DNA from: an uncultured virus (IMG/VR IMGVR_UViG_3300035510_000375)
Lineage: Duplodnaviria; Heunggongvirae; Uroviricota; Caudoviricetes
DNA length: 64,000 nt
Direction: 5' to 3' (one strand)
Virus record (IMG/VR): IMGVR_UViG_3300035510_000375
The position numbers and the translations under genes were made by a program. The notes below the pieces were generated by a model. That model was not told where the DNA came from, did no database searches, and saw only the letters and a list, made by a program, of their open reading frames with translations. Positions 46,203 to 56,900 of the stretch are shown in pieces. Each line of letters starts with the position of its first letter. Position 1 is the first letter of the stretch.

Positions 46203-48061
46203 ATGGCAGATACTAATAAGACACCTTTCTCTCAAGTTTATGACAGTTTTTTTACTAAAATCACAGATGATATGTATATGGAATTAACCGAGCTTGATAC
46301 TTTTAGAATGTTAGAGGATTTATTAATTGCTTCTATACAATATTTTGAATTTCCTCGTATTGATATTACTTCTTATGAATTAAGTAGTATATCTGGAGAG
46401 GAAGAATATTGTGGGATTGAAAGTAACGATGTTCTAGTTAAGGCTATTATCTATGATGGCGGTTATTTTAATAATACATTAACTGCAGAGGAAATTAATA
46501 TACTATCTACCTATATGGTTGTTGAATGGATGGGGCAACAATTAGCCAGTGTAGAAAATACAAGAATGAAATATAGCGGATCAAGTCTGGTCCTCTTTAT
46601 TAGAAATATTAAAGAAAATTTTAGGAAAAACTGGAACCCTGAAATGGGAATCAGAGCGGAAGTCTTAGTTTAAAAGCTTTGACACGCGCAGAGCATAGGA
46701 GAATTAAACTTATGAGTAAAATAATAGTTCCACAAGAACTACAAGATAAAATAGTAGATTTGTATGTAAATAAAGGTTATGGTAGAATGAAAATTAAGAA
46801 GGAATTACATCTTGATTTTGGAGATACTATAATAAAAAGAATTTTACAAGAAAATAATATTCATATTAGAAATTTTAATGAAGCTAAAGTTGGTTGTTAT
46901 AAAACAGAAGTTCCTCAAGAAATTCAAAAACAAATTATTGAATTATATCAAAAAGGTTATGGATTGGATAAGATTGTTAAAGAGTTATCTTTACCTTTTA
47001 GTTTTGATAAAGTTCGTTCAATTTTACAAGACAATGGAATCCATATTCGGAATCTTCAAGAAGCTTCTCTTGTAAAACAAATGCCGGAATTAAGAAAGTA
47101 TACTGTTAATGATGATTATGTTTTAGAAAGTCATAATGGGGCTTGGCTATTAGGTTTTATTGCAGCAGATGGATATTTACCTATTACAAAAGGTGCTAAA
47201 AACAGAATAACTATAACCTTGCAAGAACAAGATGAAGAAATATTACAAAGGATAGCTAAAGAACTTGAATATAATGGACCTATATACCATTTTGAAAATC
47301 AAGGTTTTCCCGCTGTTTCTTTATCATTTTCATCACAAAAACTTCGACAGCAAATAGAAAATTATGGAATTGGAAATAATAAAACTTTTAAATTATCTCA
47401 TATTCCCAATCTTCCTAATGAATATAAATTAGATTTTATTAGAGGCTTTTTTGATGGAGATGGAAGTTTATATGAGCCAAAAGGAAAAAAGATTAATATA
47501 AACTTTACTTGTGCTAGTGAAACTTTTTTAAAAGATATTACAAAATTTTTCTTTGAAGAATATGGAATTAATGAACCAAAAATTCATTCTCAAGAAAGAG
47601 TGCATATAATCTATACAATTAATTATTATGTAAAAAATAGTTTAACTATTTGTAATGCATTTTATAATAATGATTATTTATCTTTAGCTAGAAAAAAAGA
47701 ACATTTTTTTACTATCAAAAAGAAATATAATTTACCATAAGATATAAACTCCCACGAGCCTAAATACCTCAAAAAGGTAAAAAGATATGCCGAACTTATA
47801 CGAATAACAAGTATAAGAATTGAAAGATAAAAAGCTTTCAAGGTAACAAATTTTGCAGATTTCAAATTCACATCTCAAGCGAATCATATGTCCAAGATAC
47901 TGACGGTACAAAAAGACTATGAAAGAAAAGGTTTTCATTTGCAAAGATTATATAAACGTAGAGCACTTAATGAAGATGGTAGAATGCGTTCTACTTTTGA
48001 TTTAATAATGGATGCTTATCCTTCAGGAAGGACTTATAAACACCATGCTTATAAAACATAA
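46203..48061 (+). CDS. Putative head-tail adaptor, 2 exons (46203-46581, 47856-48061; 194 aa)
   Basis: Splicing restores KYSG-SDFKFTSQANH in frame. Confidence 0.8.
46582..47855 (+). mobile_element. Group I intron in neck gene
   Basis: P1 GGATC/GGTCC, AACTGGAACCC, AATCAGAGCGGAAG, AAGATATGCCG; terminal G. Confidence 0.88.
46712..47740 (+). CDS. Intron-encoded double-motif LAGLIDADG endonuclease with duplicated N-terminal HTH
   Basis: WLLGFIAADG and FIRGFFDGDG; VPQE.Q..I..LY repeated twice. Confidence 0.9.
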   Translation: MSKIIVPQELQDKIVDLYVNKGYGRMKIKKELHLDFGDTIIKRILQENNIHIRNFNEAKVGCYKTEVPQEIQKQIIELYQKGYGLDKIVKELSLPFSFDKVRSILQDNGIHIRNLQEASLVKQMPELRKYTVNDDYVLESHNGAWLLGFIAADGYLPITKGAKNRITITLQEQDEEILQRIAKELEYNGPIYHFENQGFPAVSLSFSSQKLRQQIENYGIGNNKTFKLSHIPNLPNEYKLDFIRGFFDGDGSLYEPKGKKININFTCASETFLKDITKFFFEEYGINEPKIHSQERVHIIYTINYYVKNSLTICNAFYNNDYLSLARKKEHFFTIKKKYNLP

Positions 48062-48362
48062 TGCTGAAATATCTAACGTGGCAGTTGCAAAAGAGATAAA
48101 AAAGATTACCAATCTTATTTATAAGCTATTGCCAATAAGAGAAGAAAACTTAGATTGGGAAAAACCGCTAGAAACAATTATTGAAGAATTAGCTGGAATG
48201 GATAGATTGTTAATCGACCAACATGAAATTTTATTTCCATTATTAAATAAATTAGAGGGCTTGTTTACTCTTACTGAAGAAAATGATTTTACTTTATTCA
48301 GAAGAACTATATTTGAGTGCTTAAGCCTCATAAATGCGATGGCGAAACAATGTCAGGATTAG
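48045..48362 (+). CDS. Hypothetical virion-region protein
   Basis: Overlaps both neighbours; start uncertain. Confidence 0.65.
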   Translation: MLIKHNAEISNVAVAKEIKKITNLIYKLLPIREENLDWEKPLETIIEELAGMDRLLIDQHEILFPLLNKLEGLFTLTEENDFTLFRRTIFECLSLINAMAKQCQD

Positions 48363-49357
48363 AAAATTTAAAAACTAGACTTGAATATCATGGGGGCGTT
48401 GCTCAAGAAGGTCGAATGCAGCAAGCAAAATTAAATAGTTTGCGGAAATCGCTCTTATATTCTTATCAAGCTGCTACCGCAGTTATAGATGGAAAAATGT
48501 TTCGCTGTCTTATGAACCCTAACAAACAAAAGGCAGATTATGATTGTAAAATATTATCTATTCCGTATGAAGATATTTGCATTGGGGAATATGATGCGGA
48601 GACTAAAACCGTATCTCCGTTTGAGCCAATTGGAAAAACAAATGGCGGCAAAATACCTACAAGAATTGAAGCTGGTCGTACTTTTTTATGGAAAGAGACT
48701 GATACTCATTGGATAGTATATTTAAAATTTTTAGAAGAAGATGCCTATTTTAGAGGGGAAGTATATAAATGTGAAGATGAACCCATCACTATTAATGGAC
48801 ATGAATATTATGTGTACATTAGAGGTCCTGTTGAAACCACAATTCAATGGAATATAAAAGATAGTGTTACTTGGAATGATTTAAATTATTCTTTAATTAT
48901 GTATATCACTCAAAATGAAGAAACACTAGATTATTTTCACAGATTTCAAAAATTAAAAATTGGGAATGAAATGTGGGAAGTCAAGACAGTAGATCCTTAT
49001 TCTGCAGATGGCATTATTGAAGTTTGCTTAGGTGAATGGTATAATAATGAATTTGAAGAAGAGCCTACTAAAAAGCCGGATAAAACTGATAAGCCTATAG
49101 ATGAGGCGGACAAGCAGCGCCTGCCGCATATTGATGGTCCTACTATTGTTCAACCTTATGATATTATACAATATTCTATAAAAGGTTTACAAGATGGTAA
49201 ATGGATTATTAGCAATAATAAGAAAGCACGTTTTGTAAATAGAGAAAAAGATGTAATTACAATTGAAATAATTACAGGTAAAAGTGGAGAGTTTAATTTA
49301 ACTTATGAAAATGAGGAACAAAGTATAACTTTACCTATTGAGATTAAATCATTATAG
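48350..49357 (+). CDS. Putative head-closure / neck protein
   Basis: Beta-rich, positional inference. Confidence 0.55.
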   Translation: MSGLENLKTRLEYHGGVAQEGRMQQAKLNSLRKSLLYSYQAATAVIDGKMFRCLMNPNKQKADYDCKILSIPYEDICIGEYDAETKTVSPFEPIGKTNGGKIPTRIEAGRTFLWKETDTHWIVYLKFLEEDAYFRGEVYKCEDEPITINGHEYYVYIRGPVETTIQWNIKDSVTWNDLNYSLIMYITQNEETLDYFHRFQKLKIGNEMWEVKTVDPYSADGIIEVCLGEWYNNEFEEEPTKKPDKTDKPIDEADKQRLPHIDGPTIVQPYDIIQYSIKGLQDGKWIISNNKKARFVNREKDVITIEIITGKSGEFNLTYENEEQSITLPIEIKSL

Positions 49358-49375
49358 AGATAAAAGGAGTATAGG

Positions 49376-49963
49376 ATGCGTAAAGATTTGATTCGTCTAC
49401 CTGCCCTTAATTCTTCCTTTCTTTCTTGTGAGAAAGATATTGAATTAATATTGCGTAGACTCTTTGTTGAAAGCCGTCCTTACAGTGATGAATTAAAAAG
49501 ATTATTAGTAATTAGTGCAAAAGATTGTCTTGATAATACAACTAGCACTCAATATCAAGAAAAATTAAAAGAAATGACCGTTGCAAAAATGGTTGAAGAT
49601 GGATATATAAGATTGGAGCCTAAACTTAGGTTTCCTGAGCATGAACAAGTAAAATCTTATATTATTGTTTCTTTTGATAATTTTACTATGAATACTACTA
49701 ATCCTCAATTTAGAGACTGTACAGTCTCTTTTGATATAATTTGTCATACTGATTATTGGGATATAGGCAACTATAGATTAAGACCATTAAAAATATGTGG
49801 TTATATTGATGGTTTATTAAATAATACTAAATTAACTGGTATTGGTCAATTTAATTTTTTGGGCTGTAATGAGTTAATCTTAAATGAAGATTTGGCTGGA
49901 TATACTTTAATGTATCAGGCAGTCCATGGAACTGATGATCAGATTCCTGGTAGAGATGAATAA
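49376..49963 (+). CDS. Putative tail terminator / completion protein
   Basis: Positional inference; AGGAG RBS. Confidence 0.5.
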   Translation: MRKDLIRLPALNSSFLSCEKDIELILRRLFVESRPYSDELKRLLVISAKDCLDNTTSTQYQEKLKEMTVAKMVEDGYIRLEPKLRFPEHEQVKSYIIVSFDNFTMNTTNPQFRDCTVSFDIICHTDYWDIGNYRLRPLKICGYIDGLLNNTKLTGIGQFNFLGCNELILNEDLAGYTLMYQAVHGTDDQIPGRDE

Positions 49964-50697
49964 TGGTTAATGATTTGATGCTATTGGCGGGAACGGATAT
50001 TCCTTTTCAACAAGCCCAAATCACCATTCATCAACCTACTATAAAGGAAATTTCTTATATAGGTGAAGATGCCTTTTTTACAGGTTGCGAATTATTAAAC
50101 TTTTCCAAAGATATGTTATCTACAGAGGACAAATCTAGTTTAGAGAATACAACGAATTTTGAAATATTAATGTCAATAATGAAAGATAGAAATCCAGCAG
50201 TACAAAGAAATAGAATTAGTGCAACTTTAGTACTGTCTTTAATGTTTCCTAATTATGAAATACAATTCCAAAATGATGGAATCTCTTTAACAAGAGAAAA
50301 TGAAGAAGTTCATTATATTAATAATCAAAATTTTGAAGCATTTAAAGAAATTATTGCCATGATGTTTAGCTTAAAAATGCGGACTTCGGAAAGTGAATAC
50401 AACCCTATGGGTAAGCGCGCAGCGGAAATCGCTGAAAAATTAAAGCGTGGCCGCGCAAAAGCTGCAGAGGGCAAGGGAGAAAAAAAGATTTCTATTTTAA
50501 ATAGATATATTTCAATACTTGCAGTTGGAGAATCTAAAGATATCAATTCTCTGTTAGAATATACTGTTTATCAATTATTTGATGAATTTACTCGTTTTGA
50601 ACTAAAAACTCAATATGATATTTATGTTCAAGCAAAAATGGCGGGAGCCAAAGATTTAAAAGACGTAGATAATTGGATGAAAGACCTTCATCCATAA
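49963..50697 (+). CDS. Hypothetical tail-region protein
   Basis: Coupled ORF; PTIKEI motif. Confidence 0.65.
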   Translation: MVNDLMLLAGTDIPFQQAQITIHQPTIKEISYIGEDAFFTGCELLNFSKDMLSTEDKSSLENTTNFEILMSIMKDRNPAVQRNRISATLVLSLMFPNYEIQFQNDGISLTRENEEVHYINNQNFEAFKEIIAMMFSLKMRTSESEYNPMGKRAAEIAEKLKRGRAKAAEGKGEKKISILNRYISILAVGESKDINSLLEYTVYQLFDEFTRFELKTQYDIYVQAKMAGAKDLKDVDNWMKDLHP

Positions 50698-50739
50698 TTC
50701 TATATTGAATGTAAAATTTTACAAGGAGGAAATATAGAT

Positions 50740-51663
50740 ATGAAGTTTGGTGTACGTGAATGCGCAAACATAGTATTTAAGGCTAAGTCTACTGTTAGAA
50801 TTGGTAACAAAGTCTTTAAAAAGGGACAGCCAGTTCTTTACATTGACACAGCAAAAACTTCTACTTTAGAAGGTGCTGCTACTACTGTCTATGCTCAGGG
50901 TGGCCGTGGTAATACAAGACTGATAGCATGGGAAGGAGAGAAGACACTCACCTTTACAGTTGAAGATGCTCTCTTATCTCCTATTGGTTTTGCAATCTTA
51001 TCTGGAGCTGGATTATTTGGTAAGGATAGTAAAGCTAAGACAAGACCAATTCATTATCATACAACTACTTATACTACAGTAGACACAGATGGCAGTATTG
51101 ATTTAACAGATGCTATTGGTAATGATAAGATTAGCGGAGATGATCCAATTTTCGTAGCAACCGTTGAAGAAGATGGTTCTATTGACACTGTTCTTAATGT
51201 AGATGAAAGTGAACTTACTGTTGCAGATGGCAAGATTACTGGAGATGCTTTGAAGGATGTTGAAGCTGGTCAGTCAGTATTTGTTGATTACTACTTACTT
51301 AAAGAGCAGAGCAAGGTTGATGAGCTTCAGATTGATGCAGATCACTTTGCTGGATACTATTATGTTGAAGCTGATACATTATTCAGACGTCAATCAGATG
51401 GTGTTGATTTACCTGCAAATCTTACAATTCCTAATGTTAAGATTCAGTCTAACTTCACTTTCAGTATGGCATCAACTGGAGACCCAAGTACATTTACTTT
51501 CACAATGGATGCATTCCCAGATTATACATACTTTGACAAGACTAAGAAAGTACTTTGTGTATTGCAGATTGTTAAAGATGGCGAGGATGCTGAAGATACA
51601 GAAGGCTATAGTGTAATGGATGGTCATGATCATACAGACACAACTGTAGAAGCTGAAGGCTAA
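50740..51663 (+). CDS. Major tail (tube) protein (putative)
   Basis: YAQGGRGN..LIAW, GDPSTFTFTMDA; biased codons; terminator follows. Confidence 0.75.
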   Translation: MKFGVRECANIVFKAKSTVRIGNKVFKKGQPVLYIDTAKTSTLEGAATTVYAQGGRGNTRLIAWEGEKTLTFTVEDALLSPIGFAILSGAGLFGKDSKAKTRPIHYHTTTYTTVDTDGSIDLTDAIGNDKISGDDPIFVATVEEDGSIDTVLNVDESELTVADGKITGDALKDVEAGQSVFVDYYLLKEQSKVDELQIDADHFAGYYYVEADTLFRRQSDGVDLPANLTIPNVKIQSNFTFSMASTGDPSTFTFTMDAFPDYTYFDKTKKVLCVLQIVKDGEDAEDTEGYSVMDGHDHTDTTVEAEG

Positions 51664-51671
51664 ATATATTA

Positions 51672-51706
51672 GAGGGAGGGTTTAATTACCCTCCCTTATT
51701 TTTTTA
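51672..51706 (+). terminator. Intrinsic terminator
   Basis: AGGGAGGGT/ACCCTCCCT then T run. Confidence 0.85.
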
Positions 51707-51724
51707 TATAGAGGGTGGTTAATT

Positions 51725-53242
51725 ATGTTAATAAGATATACGCCTAAGACACAAGAAGGTAAAGACTCAATAAAAACTGGGAAAAAGCAATCTGATTTTA
51801 TGGATTATTATTATATCCATCGCCATCTTGAGCATTTTAAAAAAAGAGATACGGCTGTAATTCTTTACATGGAACAAAAAGAAGCTTTATATGATGAAGC
51901 AAAAAGTAGATATGCTAAACATTATTTAGAAAATATTAATAATAAGGAAGCTTTAACTTTTTTAAATGATTCTATGTCAGAGGAGGAAATAATGTCTGCA
52001 GTTAGCACAATTGATGAAAAACTTAAAGCAAGTTTGGAAAAAAATATTACTAAAGAAATACCTTTAACACAAATTTTTTCTAATGCCCATAAATCTATGA
52101 AAGATTATTTAAATAGTAAAAATATACAATCTTTAAATACTTTTTTCCAATGTATACAACAAGCAACTTCAGTTTTAGAGGATAATGATAGGTATATTTT
52201 AGCACCTGTTTTGAAAGCTGCAACTGATATAACTGCTTTATCTGATTTATCAAAGGTACAACAAATAATTAATGATTATCAAAATGACACAGAATTAGTT
52301 CCTATTGCTTCAAAAACTGTTTCTTCTATTATAAAAAGTATTAATGGTTTAGTATCGGGATTAGAAGCAGATGATTTACAATTTAATTCAGCTTCTTCTT
52401 TTATTAATAATATATTTTCTACTCAGGTTGGAGAGTATTTTATTAGTAAAGGCGTTGTAAATGGTTATATTAAAGGTGAGGAAGCTATAAAAGAAGCAAT
52501 CACAAAGTCTTTAGTAGGAGCTCGTTCAACTCGAAAAGAAGATTTAGTAGGGGTAGAGATTACAAACGATGGGGCGCTTGCTGAATATATTGATAAATAT
52601 TCTCAGATAAATGGAAATACTAGATTTAAAGTTGATAATAGTTTTGCTGGACTTGAAATAACAGAGGGGAAGGACACTATAAATGTTAATTTAGGAATTA
52701 GCACAAAGTGGTATAAAAGAAATAAAGACAATAGTATTAGTAGCGTCTCAATTACAAGAGAATCTGCCTTAAATAGGATAAACCAAATGTATAATGTAAA
52801 TCAACGTGAGTATGTATACAATACATTAGGCTTAGCTAATCAAGATGCCGAAGGCATTCAAGCCTTGAAACAAGCAATATTAGCTAGGAATATTGATTTA
52901 TTTTTATCTGGTTTGGGTATTAATGGAGACTTTGCACAATTTATAGCTATTGGAAATGAGATGTACTCAATATGGGATATTATTAATGCGGTAGAGCACT
53001 ATAATACTGGGGCGGGTACTAGCGAATTTAGTAATATAAATTCTCAGGATCCTATAGTTATTTCTTTTGAAGGGCTGCAGGCTATTACTGATAAGACTCA
53101 AAATGCGTTAACTGAAGAAGCCAATTGGATAGCTGCTCAAAAAAGAAGTAGAGATCAAAATAAATTAATTAAAAATTTAAAAATTCATGGAAGATTTTAT
53201 CCTCAACGATTAAAAAATATTTTATCAAATAAAAATTCTTAA
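51725..53242 (+). CDS. Hypothetical protein
   Basis: 505-aa ORF with no recognised motif. Confidence 0.7.
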   Translation: MLIRYTPKTQEGKDSIKTGKKQSDFMDYYYIHRHLEHFKKRDTAVILYMEQKEALYDEAKSRYAKHYLENINNKEALTFLNDSMSEEEIMSAVSTIDEKLKASLEKNITKEIPLTQIFSNAHKSMKDYLNSKNIQSLNTFFQCIQQATSVLEDNDRYILAPVLKAATDITALSDLSKVQQIINDYQNDTELVPIASKTVSSIIKSINGLVSGLEADDLQFNSASSFINNIFSTQVGEYFISKGVVNGYIKGEEAIKEAITKSLVGARSTRKEDLVGVEITNDGALAEYIDKYSQINGNTRFKVDNSFAGLEITEGKDTINVNLGISTKWYKRNKDNSISSVSITRESALNRINQMYNVNQREYVYNTLGLANQDAEGIQALKQAILARNIDLFLSGLGINGDFAQFIAIGNEMYSIWDIINAVEHYNTGAGTSEFSNINSQDPIVISFEGLQAITDKTQNALTEEANWIAAQKRSRDQNKLIKNLKIHGRFYPQRLKNILSNKNS

Positions 53243-53252
53243 AAATTTTGAC

Positions 53253-53281
53253 TTGACAAGAAAAAATTTTTATGTTATAAT
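53253..53281 (+). promoter_or_regulatory. Consensus sigma-A promoter
   Basis: TTGACA-17-TATAAT with extended TG. Confidence 0.75.
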
Positions 53282-53314
53282 ATATATAAGAAAGAAATAA
53301 AAGGAGAAAAAGGT

Positions 53315-53884
53315 ATGGGAAATTTATCTTATACAGATTTAAATTTAAAAATAGATAATAGTATTACTACTTTTGATTTTAATGGTAAAACAATAGAAGT
53401 ATTAAAATATTTACCTATAGAATCAAAATATGATTTAGTAATGATTACATTACAAAAATCTTTTGAAAATGGTATTTATAATCCCGTTAAATTAAATATG
53501 TATTTTCTATTAAATTTAGTTTATTTATATACTAATTTATCTTTTACTGATGAAGATAGAGCGGATGAAGGAAAATTATTTGATGAATTATCAAGTAATG
53601 GCTTTTTAGATAAATTATTAACGGTTATAGATGAAGATGAATATAATAGTTTATATAGTGATATAATTGAAACTATTGATAATATTAATGAATATAATCT
53701 TTCTGCTGCGGGAGTGCTTAAAGGTGTCATTAATGATTTACCTATAAATGCTTCTGAAGCTATGAAAATTGTGGATAATTTTAATCCTGAGAAATATCAA
53801 GAAGTTATAAAATTTGCGGAAGCTGCTAATGGCGGAAAACCTATTCCATTGGCTAAATATGCAAAGCCGAGTATAACTGAATAA
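53315..53884 (+). CDS. Hypothetical protein, possible tail assembly chaperone
   Basis: Directly upstream of the tape measure gene; positional only. Confidence 0.55.
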   Translation: MGNLSYTDLNLKIDNSITTFDFNGKTIEVLKYLPIESKYDLVMITLQKSFENGIYNPVKLNMYFLLNLVYLYTNLSFTDEDRADEGKLFDELSSNGFLDKLLTVIDEDEYNSLYSDIIETIDNINEYNLSAAGVLKGVINDLPINASEAMKIVDNFNPEKYQEVIKFAEAANGGKPIPLAKYAKPSITE

Positions 53885-53982
53885 GCAGGTCAAAATAGAT
53901 TAATTGATAAGTCCTTACTATCATATATTGGTAGTAAGGACTTTATTTTTTATATATATAAATATGAAAAGGAGATAGAAGG

Positions 53983-56900
53983 ATGGCATCAAATGCTAAT
54001 ATAAATGTTAAAATTGGTTTTACAACCGATACTAGTGGCTTAAAAACTGCGCAAACCGCTTTGGAAAAAATTATTGTTTCAGCCAAAGCTAACGCAGCTA
54101 CGCCAGGCCAACAGTTAAATGTTGGTTTACAAGCAGCAGCAAAAACCGCCTCTTCTTTACAGGAAATTTTACAAAAATCCTATAATGTAGATTTAGGAAC
54201 ATTAAATGTTAATAAATTTAATCAAGAGTTAATTAAATCTGAATTAGACATAAAACAAATTAAATCTAGTTTAGAGCAAGCTGGTATTAAAGGCGCGACA
54301 GCCTTTAATGCAATTGGTTCTAGCATTTTAAATACCAATATACAAATAAAAGAATCTAGTAAATTATTAGACCAAATGGCTACTACAATGGCTAATACGG
54401 TTAGATGGGGAATCACCTCTGCCATCTTTCAGGAAATAACTAGTTCATTATCTAGTTCAGTATCTTATGCTGAAAATTTAGATAGCACTTTAAACGATAT
54501 TCGTATAGTAACAGATAAAAGTGCGGAAAGCATGAAAACTTTTGCAGAGCAAGCTAATAGCGCAGCAAAAACATTAGGCGCCAGCACGCTAGATTACACC
54601 GAAGCTAGCTTGATCTATTACCAGCAAGGCCTTAACGACACAGAGGTTGCCGCAAGAACTGAAACAACCTTAAAGGCTGCAAACGTAACAGGACAAACTG
54701 GTGAAGAAGTATCAGACGAGTTAACTGCGGTTTGGAATGGTTATAAAGTTACAGCAGAAGAAACTGAATTATACGTAGATAAATTAGCTGCGGTTGCCGC
54801 TACTACCGCATCAGACCTAGAAGAACTTTCTACCGGTATGAGTAAAGTAGCATCTGCCGCAAGTAATATGGGTGTAGATATTGACCAATTGAATGGTATG
54901 ATGTCTACAATTATCTCTGTTACCAGAGAGGCTCCAGAATCAGTAGGTACCGCGCTCAAGACCATTTTCGCGCGTATGGAAGATTTAGAGCTAGATGGAG
55001 AAGATGAATATGGAGTTTCATTGGGTGATGTATCTTCTTCTCTTGATTCAATGGGAGTCTCTATTTTAGATGTAGAAGGAAATATGCGTGACCTTGGAGA
55101 AGTTATTGAAGAAGTTGGTAATAAATGGAACTCTGGGGTATGGTCAGATGCGCAGAAACAAGCTTTAGCTATTGACCTGGCTGGTAAGCGTTAAGTAATG
55201 GCGCTTGTAAAAGAGTTTAAATTGCGGGAACACCCTTAGAGCCTTAGCAACCAAGCTATTGTGGTGACATAATAGTGGCGAGGCTAGCGACCAAGGTATG
55301 GTAACATCGCTAAGGATTGGGCAACCAGACGCAACGAAATTTCTTAGGACAAGATAATCACACTGTGGTTATTTTCTAATTATATTAGAAAATAAAAATA
55401 AAAGGAGATTATCAAAATGTCAGAATAATTAAAACAAATTTATTATGAAGGAAATCCTACAGATTATTTTATTTCTTCTTTTGGAAGACTATATAATCAA
55501 AAAAACTAATAATTGGTATAAAGGTAGGGTTTCTGAAAATGGTTATTTAGATTATATATTAAAAATTAATAACCAACAAAAAGCTTTAGAGCGCATAGAT
55601 TAGTTGCTGAATATTTTATACAAAAAATCTGCAGAATGCAATATTGTAAATTATAAAGATGGGAATAAATTAAATAATAATGTAGAAAATTTAGAATAGG
55701 TAACTAATCAAGAAAATACAATTCATGCGATTGAAACTGGTTTAAGATCTAAAAACTATAATACTATTATGTATTATGAAGGAAATTTAGAAAATGAAAC
55801 ATGGAAGCCTTTACTAAATACATCGTATTCTGCATCTAATTTAGGAAGGATACGTAACAATAATACCAATAGAATCTTAACCGGAAAAAGAGATACTGGA
55901 TATGTCCGTTATGAGCTAAGAGTGGACGGAAAAAGAAAAACTTTTCTTGGACATAGATTAGTATATAAAGCTTTTAATAATAATTTTAATTTATAAGATA
56001 GAACTTTAATTATTAATCATATTGATGGAAACAAGCAAAATAATTGCTTAGAAAATTTAGAATTAACAACTCAAAGTGAAAATATGAAGCATAGTTATTA
56101 TATCACTAAAACAAATTCTAAGGCAAGGCAGGTTGGTCAGTATGATAAAGAAATGATTCTTATTAAAATTTATAATTCTGCTAATGAAGCTAGTAGAGAA
56201 ACGGGAATCAGTCAAAGTTTAATATCTGGGGCTTGTATAAGAGAAGGTACAAGTCATGGTTTTAATTGGAGGTGTTTGTCGTAAGAAAGACGCTCAGAGA
56301 CTATAATAGCTCCTCTAGCAATAGAGTATGGTATAGTCCAGACTACAACAGAAATGGCTATCGAAAGATAGTGTAGTAATGCAGTACAACAACCTCTTGT
56401 CATTATTCGATAACTGGAGTATGTATACAGATGCAGTTGAGACCTCTACAAATGCTGTTGGTACATTACAAAAACAACAAGACATTTATATGGAATCAAC
56501 AGATGCAAAATTACAAAAATTAAAAACAACATGGCAAGATTTATATGGTAGTTTAATAGATGAAGATGAATTAAATACTGGAATAGATGCATTAAGTAAC
56601 TTAGTTCAAGTATTTGATAACTTTATTGATTCTTTTGGCGGTGGTACTAAATCCATTATAGCTTTTGGTACAGTCATAGCTAATATTTTTAATAAACAAA
56701 TTAGTAAAGCAATTATTCTTGCCAATTCTAATGCTCAAAAATATGCTCAAAATGTCGCTACTGCAGAAAAACAGTTAGAATTAATTTCTGCTAAAATTGC
56801 AGATGTAAATAAAGCGCAAACTACTACAGGAAAAGGTACCATTACCGCTAACGATATTGCAATACAAAAAGAATATGAAGTTGAATTAAATTATGCTAAA

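Noticed and set aside
46582..46711. ORF-track extensions (46203-46673 tail, 46679 start; likewise the 35565 start and 36984-37052)
   Set aside because: They run through intron RNA core; splice junctions and RBS positions give better boundaries.
55417..56284. Stop-codon reassignment suggested by in-frame TAA/TAG in the HNH gene
   Set aside because: Both stop types plus frameshifts occur, and other genes end normally at TAA/TAG/TGA; pseudogene is simpler.
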